The position numbers and the translations under genes are program-made. The notes beneath the pieces were generated by a model that was not told the origin of the DNA, did not search any database, and saw only the letters and a list, made by a program, of their open reading frames with translations. This document shows, piece after piece, positions 53,666 through 64,000 of a stretch of 64,000 nucleotides of DNA; within the stretch, counting starts at the first letter, position 1, and each line of letters starts with the position of its first letter. Location: contig CM022667.1 of NCBI GenBank assembly GCA_012295275.1, forward strand, positions 4,712,001-4,776,000. Direction: 5' to 3'. This stretch comes from Chrysomallon squamiferum. Its lineage: Eukaryota; Animalia; Mollusca.

Positions 53666-53787
<122 letters not shown>

Positions 53788-55515
53788 TGTAAAATATCAT
53801 CGGTTTTCTTTATTTAATTCACTCGAAACTAAAGCGACTTTGTGATTTGTAAGTCAGTTTAGATGTTTCAGAAAGACGTATCACAGTATTTAATCAGTCT
53901 ATGTCTTTCTAGTGTCAGACTGCTGTATGTCTAGTCAATAACACTTCACGTTGTTTCTACTGAAATTCGTATGTTACTAAAATTATCTTTTTATCCTTAA
54001 CTTTCAATTAAATTCAGAAACAAATATTGAAATTTTGATATTCTTCTTCATCCACAGTGAAATTGAATACGATTCTTTTAATTTATTTTTTAATGTTTAA
54101 TTTTTTAATTTTACGTTTTACGAAATGTTATTAACGTGAAGGATGTTAGCAGGGCCTAATGAGGTATTGTTCAGGAAGACAGTAAATTTGTTTTGTTCGA
54201 ATTTCTCCATTTTTGAATTATTGATCTCTGTTTCCAACTAACAAATCTCCACTAAGAATATTATCGAAATTAATCCTTCGTATAATTTATTTTCTGCAAT
54301 AGTTAGTTAGTTTTTAGACCGCGTCTGTGGCTGATCTTGTGAAAGTTATTTGTTCTTTTTATGACGTTCAATGATTGGTGATTTAGATATGACACATCTA
54401 AATGCAAAAATTTTTATGTAAATATTATAATCGAAATATTTTAATAGAATTCAAATTATCAGTTTGAGTCCCCACAAGAACGACAACAAAGAAGGAAGTA
54501 AACACTTCTCCAAATAGTAACAAATCTAAATAATACAAATTTCTTGTTTCTTTATAAAACGAAAACAGACCCGCAACTAAATATCACTGATAAAACAATT
54601 ACAGTGTCACAGCCTGGGACACTTGCACCGCAAGCTAACCTGTTTCTAGCGCCAAATTTCAAAAGGAAAAGAAAACGAATTTTTAACAAAAGAGCGATTG
54701 TTCTCCTTTACTCAAAAGTATCCCTTCCACAACCAGTAATAATTAGTCTTGATCTTTTCTAGAACTGTTATGATCATTTTATAGCTGGACTGAGTGATGA
54801 GAAGTCTGTCCCAGAAACCTTTGCAAGTAAACTTTACTCTACAACTGAAGATCATCATAGCAACAGAAAAACACAAAATGAATCAATGAACAAAAATGTC
54901 AGCCATATATAAATGCTTGGATATTTTATTATTTCATCATGTTTAGGTGAATGTCAAGCGCACTGAGTCATCTAGTTGAGTGTTTACTGTTAATACAATG
55001 ATAATAATTGTGTGCCGTGATGCTGACAGTTTTAAATATGTATTTGCTGTTTTGTTCCCATTTATGTAGCAACTCTTGCTGAACGATGTTAATTTACGCT
55101 CACGTGCTCAGTTTTGTTTTAGAGTTATTTGTACCACATAAACCTTGATATTGTGATTTTTATGTCTTTGTTCCCATTTTCATCCGGAAAAAGTAAACTT
55201 TTATTTGATACATAATTTAGTGCTCAGCTCCGAAGTTGTATAAATTCTTTCAGCGTATTTTTAACAGTAAACTATTATGTTGTTGTTCACACTTTTGCGG
55301 ATGACTTTGTTGGAATATTTCAACAAAAGTTACCTACCATACATAATATAAAATGTCCTTAATATATTTTACGTGCCTGGATGAGTTTCATGCCTTGTTA
55401 TTACCAGTGCTATTGTAACTAACAATCACACGGTATAGAAGTGAATACTACACAGATTTGGTTTATACAGTGCACTGTAAGATAACTAGTAATAAATGCG
55501 TATTACTTTGATTAG

Positions 55516-55655
55516 ATGAATGTTTTCTTAAAACTTCCATTCTGGAGTTCACTACTGGACTGGTGGAAGGTACTCGGGGAGGTCTAATTACACGTGTTTG
55601 GGAGTACAGTACTTGCCTTATCCGGGCATTGACAATTCATGCCTGTCCGCTGTAC
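55516..55655 (+). pseudogene. Possible relic exon of a different CTLD-like gene (second copy at 60374-60513)
   Basis: AG acceptor at 55514-55515 and C|gtaagt donor. Reads ECFLK, then after a frameshift NFHSGVHYWTGGRYSGRSNYTCLGVQYLPYPGIDNSCLSAV, resembling the CTLD E..FL...YWIGG...W segment. Confidence 0.3.
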
Positions 55656-55659
55656 GTAA

Positions 55660-55955
55660 GTTAGTTCTAAGCAGTATGTTATATTGTCTGTCAGTGTTAT
55701 GTGTTAATTCTAAGCAGTATGCTATATTGTCTGTCAGTGTTATTATCTTAATTCTAAGCAGTATGTTATATTGTGTGTCAGTGTTATGTATCTTAATTCT
55801 AAGCAGTATGTTATATTGTCTGACAGTGTTAGTATCTTAATTCTAAGCAGTATGTTATATTGTCTGTCAGTGTTACTATCTAAATTCTAAGCAGTATGTT
55901 ATATTGTCTGTCAGTGTTAGTATTTTAATTCTAAGAAGTACATTATATTGTGTGT
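55660..55955. repeat. ~43-45-bp minisatellite, about 7 units
   Basis: Unit approx ttaattctaagcagtatgttatattgtctgtcagtgttagtatc. Confidence 0.9.
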
Positions 55956-56327
55956 GAAAGTTATACTGTCTGGATCAGAACTCTTTATTTAACAGTTTAT
56001 GGCTGATAGTTTGACAACAGTAAAGTGTCATGCTGGATAGTGTAGGTTATTTTCTTATGAGTTAAATGTGTTACTCGTTATTCGTATGAGTATTGTTTGT
56101 TTTTGTTTTTTTTATCGCATGTCGGTTTACTTCGGCTATGTGGTAACTTAATAGAGAACTATCTACATTTTGTCGTAGGATAGAGCTGATTAAAAAATCC
56201 TCTTTTATTTTCTTTAACATTCGACATCTCGTGTTAATACAAATTTTTCAGTTTTTCGTCTATGCAGAAATATAATTTTTTAAAGCAAATTTGATAAAGA
56301 AAAAACAAACCCATCTAAATAGTAGGA

Positions 56328-56572
<245 letters not shown>

Positions 56573-57264
56573 AATACCACAGTTAAAATGTTTTGAAATA
56601 ATCATATTTGTTCTTCACAGGTAAAGTGTAGTTAAAAACAACCCATTAGAAAAACAAACAAATAATCCAAAAGAGAATAAAATAAACCCCAGTACTATTA
56701 TTTTATTTCATACTGTATGATCACAAAAAAAAAAAAGAAAAAAAGAAATAGCTATATAAATAACAAGAAATAATAATTATAAAAAAGATATATTTTGGAC
56801 AAAGTTGTTGATATAATAAGTACTGTCTGTCTGTCTGTCTATCTGTCTGTCTATCCATCTATCTATCTAATTTATCTGTCTACAGCTATTCATCTATCCA
56901 TTCATCTATCCTTCTATCTGCTCCACATTTCTCTCTGATCATCTGTCGATCTGTTTTTGAAGCTATAAAAACTTAAGTTCTCGTTATTATACTAAATATT
57001 TATATAAAAAGAAAACAATTTAATTATCTTCATTCTTGTTTTCGCTCTCACCTCAGTCACATAATAAACACAGCTTACGTGATCTGGATTTAATATATAA
57101 TGTATATTTCCAAGACACAAATAAATCTGTGATGAAGTATTTAGTGTTTTCAACACGTAATAATAAAATAAATATCTCAAGACCAGCTGAAAGTCTGTCA
57201 TTGTTCAGTTTTTATTGTTTGAATCAGGTAGACTAGAAACTCGTCAAGAAGAAAAAAAAAAAAT

Positions 57265-59109
57265 ATGCAGCACAGGACATGCTTGATTTTACAGGCTGTT
57301 GTCTCATCACTTGTAACTGCTTTACTTCGGTAAGTGTGTAGTGCTTTTGTTTTTTATTTAAATCTTGTACAAATACACACTCATACTCTTTCTGTCAGTA
57401 CCTTCCTCCGTCCTCTCTGACTCTCTTGCTCTTCCTCTCTGTCTCTCTGTCTCTCTTTAATCTATCTGTCCTAAATATCCTATCCCATCCATCTACAGTT
57501 CTCTCTCATCCGTCCATCCTACCATCCATTCATATGTCAATCCATCTGTTTGTCTCTCATTATCCATCTATCGGTCATTCTGTGTCTGTATCTGTGTGCG
57601 TTTGTGTGTCTCTGTGTGTGTCTGTCTCTCTGTGACTCCTGGCTTTGTATCCTCTATTTTGATATGTCTACAGCAGATTTTATTTAGATTTATTTTTTCT
57701 ATTGTATTTATGGTTACTGTTGTTTTATTATTTGATTATTAACTGGTCACATTTAGCTGTGATATCAGTGATTCCTCCAAGTGGATCATCAATCACGACT
57801 TTGATGATGTTGTCGCCTCTGACATCCTCCTGGAATCCCTCAACGACATCAAAAATAAAATAGAGTGTGCAAAGGAATGCGCCAGAAATATCAAATGCCT
57901 CTCATTTTCGTATAACGAAAAACATATCTGTCATTTGCATAATGACAAATTTTCGAAGAACGTCAGTTATGAGTTTGGTGCAGGATGGCGCTACTATTCA
58001 TACGTCGGTATGTTTCTTTATTCATATTTTTTAATCTCTGAATATTCCTAGAAATAATAAAAATATTGAAATATCTTATCTCAAGTAGAAGACGACACAT
58101 TTTGAGTAATTTAAAAAATAAATAGAAAATGTATCTGATTAAGTTGTGTTAAAGATAAAATTGATGATTTCAAGGTCACAAATACAAAAGAAACCTATAC
58201 ATTCAATTTCAGAAGTATAAAAAATCCTATATTTTAAGTCTCAGAGATATAAAAAATTCCTATATTTTCAGGACACTGTCCTACTGAAAACGGCTACATC
58301 TTCATCAAGGACGTGGACGTCTGCTTCAAGATTGTGAACATCAGAAAATCCTGGCATGAAGCACGTGACTTTTGTAGCAAGTCACGCGACAGGCTGATTG
58401 TCTTAGACACGGATGAGAAAAATACAGCCTTCACCAATTACGTGAACAATGCAACGGGTTAATATCATCATCATCAGCATCATCATATTCATATTCATAA
58501 GTATTAATACTAATAATAATTACTTTCATGCTTTTGTTCACTGAATAATACACTTGTTATAATCATCATCTTTAGAGCTCAGATGTGTGGTTGGTAGTAG
58601 TGTTTGTTGGGTTTTATTCTCTGTTAATATAGGTTTAATTGTTAAAAATCTAAATTAATGTAAATTTCAATTTCTTCACCAAACAATTTTATGATAACAA
58701 TCAGGATAAAAAAATATATATAATAACATAATAAAAAATAAAAATAAACCTATAAAAAAGGGCAAAACGTTGTAGTTCCAGCTGGTTCGCTAACTAATTT
58801 ACAAATACAACTTAAAGTTTAACCATCTTATTACAATCATAATATTCGTTTATTGTTAAATCGTTCGCCTTTTGGTTGTTGCATTTTCTAGTGGGTGGAT
58901 ACATCCATATTGGACTGACTGACGAACAGACGGAAGGAAAGTTTGTTTGGGAAAATGGAAAACAACTTGTATTTTCTAAGTGGAAGTATGGGGAACCTAA
59001 TAATGATGAAGGAATAGAGGACTGTGTGGAGCTTCTTTCACCGTCCAGTGCATGGAATGATATTCCCTGCTCGAAGACTAACATATTTGTCTGCGAGAAA
59101 CGAATGTGA
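57265..59109 (+). CDS. PAN + C-type lectin, copy 10 (EPN, WND); most divergent introns
   Basis: Exons 57265-57329, 57757-58007, 58272-58457, 58892-59109 (acceptor ttttctag); open frame; intron 2 only 264 bp. Confidence 0.9.
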
Positions 59110-60373
59110 TTATTTCATTATTATAATTCTTGAAAATAACAACCGAAATGTGAAACACAATAACATTAATGTTTGTATTTCCAAAGCTGTATCAATAAAA
59201 AGTACTTTACGGTTTACTTTAGTGTTTTGCTAAATTTAACAAAAGAAAAATAATTGTATTATTTGGATGTTTACATATGTTTGTTCGATGTCTCGAGACA
59301 AATGCAACAATCGTTTTGACAAGATCCTAATGTTTTTATCACTGCAGCTGCTGCTACTACTACTACTACTACTACTACTACTTAGTTATTTGTTCTTTTC
59401 TATGACGTTCACTGATTGGTGATTTAGATATGACACATCTAAATGCAAAAATGTGTATGTAAATATTATAATCGAAATACTTTAATAGAATTCAAATTAT
59501 CAATTTGACTCCCCACAAAAACAACAACAAGAGACAAGCAAATATACACTTCTCCAAATAGTAACAAATCTAAATAATACAGATTTCTTCTTTTTTTATT
59601 AAACGAAAACAGATCCGCAATCAAATATCACTAATAAAATCATTATAGTAGCACAGCCGAGGACACTTGCACCGGAAGCTAAGCTGTTTTTAGCGCCAAA
59701 TTTCAAAAGGAAAAGAAAATGAATTTTTAACAAAATAGTGATTGTTCTCCTTTACTCAAAAGTATCCCTTCCACAACCAGTAATAATTAGTCTTGATCTT
59801 TTCTAGAACTGTTACGATAATTTTATAGCTGGACTCAGTGATGTGAAGTCTGTCCCAGAAACCTTTGCAAGTAACCTTTACTCTAGAACTGAAGATCATC
59901 ATAGCAACAGAAAAACACAAAATCAATCAATGAACAAAAATGTCAGCCCTATATAAATGCTTGGATATTTTATTATTTCATCATGTTTAGGTGAATGTCA
60001 AGCGCACTGAGTCATCTAGTTGAGTGCTTACTGTTAATACACTGATAATAATTGTGTGCCGTGATGCTGACAGTTTTAAATACTTATAAAAATTATTTTC
60101 ACAAGGAACTGGCAGCTTTTGGGGCATCACATTAGTTTAGGCTTATACATTAATTTTTGTTTTAGAGTTATTTGTACTATGCAAGCCATCGCACTGTAAT
60201 TTGTATATCGTATTTTCATTTGATATTTTATATTTAATTTCCTGTGGCTATGATGGCAGGATCGTATTGCACAAAAACTTTTATGGAATCCGCATTTTTG
60301 TTTATGAAATCAGTGTTCTTACTTATGCAGTACTGTAAGATAACTAGTATTAAATGCGTATTACTTTGATTAG

Positions 60374-60513
60374 ATGAATGTTTTCTTAAAACATCCATTC
60401 TGGAGTTCACTACTGGACTGGTGGAAGGTACTCGGGGAGGTCTAATTACACGTGTTTGGGAGTACAGTACTTGTCTTATCCCGGCATTGGGAATCCACGC
60501 CTTACCGCTGTAG
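60374..60513 (+). pseudogene. Second copy of the possible relic CTLD-like exon
   Basis: Near-identical to 55516-55655 (NIHSGVHYWTGGRYSGRSNYTCLGVQYLSYPGIGNPRLTAV); donor site lost. Confidence 0.25.
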
Positions 60514-61500
60514 AAAAGTTCTAAAATACTGTGTCGGAAATAACTGTGTGCACTAAGTATATCTTTAAACAATCTAATTCTGAAACTTTATTCTATGATT
60601 AAGAAAGAAAACTTTTCGTAAGGGTTTAAATATTAGCTACAAAAAGAGTTGCCTCCCATGAAAATAACCTAAATAATATCATATCGTTAAAATAATAATA
60701 ATAATAGTAAAATAAACAACAACAACAACAAAACAATGCTTGGATAAATAAATATAATGAAAATAGAAAGAAAGGGAACAAGAAGAAGAAAGTATGTGGT
60801 ATAAGTGACAGTATAATAAGAAAAACAGAAATTCTACAAAAACCGATTTCGAAAGTTTTCGTAGAATGGAAAAGTGGATTATGATTGTTTTTTTCAAATG
60901 AGTTTGTCCAACTGAATATTCCAGTCAGGAACACTGGTGGTTGGCTAATTATTTCAACACAGAGTTAACGAAATTCCAGTTTATTTTCTTGAATGATAAG
61001 CCAGTAGCAGAAAGACATGGATTTATGATGGATCAGGACCGATGCCCTTTTTACAGTGAATGCATTTTATAACCTGTAGACATGGGTAGTATAACGAGAT
61101 TTATGAAATTTATGAACTACTACTACATGCACCTACCTGAGCACTGACCCTAAAATACACCAGGGATTGACCAGCTGTCTTAGAAAATAAAACATCAACA
61201 GCAACAACAACAACAAACAATATCAAATAAAACAAAGTAAAAAAAAAAAAACATAATAATAATAATAAAACATAATAAAATAAAAGTAAGACATTCTTGA
61301 TCATAAAATTGAATTATCTTTTAGTACAGTGTTGCTAATATTAATAGATTAGTTAGAAAGAAAAGTGTAGTTTTTAGAGAAAATGTTGATTAGTTCTAAG
61401 AAGTATCTTGTATACAGTGGTAGTATGTTATTAGCGCGGACAAAAAAATCCATCCAACTGTCATCTTAATCAGCTATTAGGAGTACTTTAGTGTGCCAGT

Positions 61501-63330
61501 GTTAGTATAGTTTTAAGCAGTACGCTATAGTGTATTCAGTGTTAGTATGTTAGTTTTAAGCCTTACGCTATAGTGTATTCAGTGTTAGTATAGTTTTAAG
61601 CAGTACGCTATAGTGTATTCAGTGTTAGTATAGTTTTAAGCAGTACTCTATAGTGTATTCAGTGTTAGTATAGTTTTAAGCAGTACGCTATAGTGTATTC
61701 AGTGTTAGTATAGTTTTAAGCAGTACTCTATAGTGTATTCAGTGTTAGTATAGTTTTAAGCAGTACGCTATAGTGTATTCAGTGTTAGTATGTTAGTTTT
61801 AAGCAGTACGCTATAGTGTATTCAGTGTTAGTATGTTAGTTTTAAGCAGTACGCTATAGTGTATTCAGTGTTAGTATAGTTTTAAGCAGTACGCTATAGT
61901 GTATTCAGTGTTAGTATGTTAGTTTTAAGCAGTACGCTATAGTGTATTCAGTGTTAGTATAGTTTTAAGCAGTACTCTATAGTGTATTCAGTGTTAGTAT
62001 AGTTTTAAGCAGTACGCTATAGTGTATTCAGTGTTAGTATAGTTTTAAGCAGTACTCTATAGTGTATTCAGTGTTAGTATAGTTTTAAGCAGTACGCTAT
62101 AGTGTATTCAGTGTTAGTATGTTAGTTTTAAGCAGTACGCTATAGTGTATTCAGTGTTAGTATAGTTTTAAGCAGTACGCTATAGTGTATTCAGTGTTAT
62201 TATGTTAGTTTTAAGCAGTACGCTATAGTGTATTCACAGTTAGTATAGTTTTAAGCAGTACGCTATAGTGTATTCAGTGTTAGTATGTTAGTTTTAAGCA
62301 GTACGCTATAGTGTATTCAGTGTTAGTATGTTAGTTTTAAGCCTTACGCTATAGTGTATTCAGTGTTAGTATGTTAGATTTAAGCAGTACGCTATAGTGT
62401 ATTCAGTGTTAGTATGTTAGATTTAAGCAGTACGCTATAGTGTATTCAGTGTTAGTATAGTTTTAAGCAGTACGCTATAGTGTATTCAGTGTTAGTATGT
62501 TAGTTTTAAGCAGTACGCTATAGTGTATTCAGTGTTAGTATAGTTTTAAGCAGTACACTATAGTGTATTCATTGTTAGTATGTTAGTTTTAAGCAGTACG
62601 CTATAGTGTATTCAGTGTTAGTATAGTTTTAAGCAGTACGCTATAGTGTATTCAGTGTTAGTATAGTTTTAAGCAGTACGCTATAGTGTATTCAGTGTTA
62701 GTATAGTTTTAAGCAGTACGCTATAGTGTATTCAGTGTTAGTATGTTAGTTTTAAGCAGTACGCTATAGTGTATTCAGTGTTAGTATAGTTTTAAGCAGT
62801 ACGCTATAGTGTATTCAGTGTTAGTATGTTAGTTTTAAGCCTTACGCTATAGTGTATTCAGTGTTAGTATGTTAGTTTTAAGCAGTACGCTATAGTGTAT
62901 TCAGTGTTAGTATAGTTTTAAGCAGTACGCTATAGTTTTATTCAGTGTTAGTATAGTTTTAAGCAGTACGCTATAGTGTATTCAGTGTTAGTATAGTTTT
63001 AAGCAGTACGCTATAGTGTATTCAGTGTTAGTATAGTTTTAAGCAGTACGCTATAGTGCATTCAGTGTTAGTATGTTAGTTTTAAGCAGTACGCTATAAT
63101 GTATTCAGTGTTAGTATAGTTTTAAGCAGTACGCTATAGTGTATTCAGTGTTAGTATAGTTTTAAGCAGTACGCTGTAGTGTATTCAGTGTTAGTATAGT
63201 TTTAAGCAGTACGCTATAGTGTATTCAGTGTTAGTATAGTTTTAAGCAGTACGCTATAGTGTATTCAGTGTTAGTATGTTAGTTTTAAGCAGTACGCTAT
63301 AGTGTATTCACTGTTAGTATGTTAGTTCTA
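61501..63330. repeat. Homogeneous minisatellite, 40-bp unit with interspersed 43-bp variant, roughly 44 units
   Basis: Unit gttagtatagttttaagcagtacgctatagtgtattcagt; the variant has an extra gtt. Unit count estimated from length; degenerate units flank both sides. Confidence 0.95.
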
Positions 63331-63739
63331 ATCAGAGGTTATATTGTCTGCGAGTGTTAGTATATGTTAGATCGAAGTAGTACGTTATATTGTCTGTCAG
63401 TGATATTATATTGTCTGGACCTGAACTCTGTATGTAAGGGCTTATAGGCGATAGTTGACAACAGTAAAATGTCAGTAAAATAATAATAAGAATAATAATA
63501 AGAATAATTTAAATCAGTAAATAAAGAAGTAACTAAATAAAAGTAAAAAATAACAAACAAAGAAAAGAAAGAACAAGAAATAAATAAAAAGCTAAAACAA
63601 TAGAAAATAAAGAAATAAAGAAATAAAATCAATGGAAATAAAATTATTGAAGTCAATGTATGTATGTATGTATGTATTTATGTATGAGTTCATATATTCA
63701 TCTATTAATCAATCTGTCTCTTCTATATTTCCATCTCTC

Positions 63740-64000
63740 TAAATATCGACCTGTTTTTAAAGCCACAAAGAATAACCTCTCTCTGTTACACTAAACATTT
63801 ATGTGAAAAAATGAATAATTCCTGTTCATTGTTGTGTTCGCTCTCATCTCAGTCACATAACACAAAGAGCTTATTTCACCTGGGTATAAAACACAGTCTG
63901 TGTTTCCGCAAGAGACAAATCTATGATAAATTATTTAATGTTTTGAACACTTAATAATAAAAAAATATATCAATACCGTTTGCAAGTCTGTGATTGTTTG
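63740..64000 (+). promoter_or_regulatory. Upstream module of a further lectin copy starting beyond the window
   Basis: Matches the conserved module preceding exon 1 in other copies (gttacactaaacatttatgtgaaaaaatgaataatt...ctcagtcacataa...gggtataaaac...tgcaagtctgt). Confidence 0.75.

Noticed and set aside
60234-60572. 112-aa minus-strand ORF
   Set aside because: No recognisable motif; extends beyond the segment shared with the paralogous block and overlaps the better-supported plus-strand relic exon.
61501-63330. CRISPR-like regular array
   Set aside because: Units are contiguous with no unique spacers, the context is eukaryotic and there are no cas genes; it is a minisatellite.

Overview
AT-rich, microsatellite-laden metazoan DNA with spliceosomal GT-AG genes; an invertebrate, plausibly a mollusc (inference from gene content and composition only). 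Left to right: (1) the 5' part of a minus-strand WDR89 gene (5 coding exons visible, running off the window start); (2) a minus-strand, divergent SK/KCNN-family Ca2+-activated K+ channel whose conserved coding region sits in one GC-rich exon, with a probable upstream first exon at ~12 kb; (3) from ~13.7 kb to the window end, a head-to-tail plus-strand array of a 4-exon gene encoding a secreted ~239-aa signal peptide + PAN/Apple + long-form C-type lectin (CTLD) protein. The array holds 8 complete copies, one truncated pseudogene, one orphan last exon, two promoter-only 'empty' units and the upstream module of a further copy at the right edge. The copies switch their sugar-binding motif (QPD/EPD/EPN), carry hypervariable patches, and are mosaics of each other exon by exon. 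Also present: a Tc2/pogo-like MITE, an intron built from repeated splice-acceptor units, a possible relic exon of a second lectin, and two homologous minisatellites. All exon models were assembled by hand from GT-AG sites and frame continuity; no searches were run.
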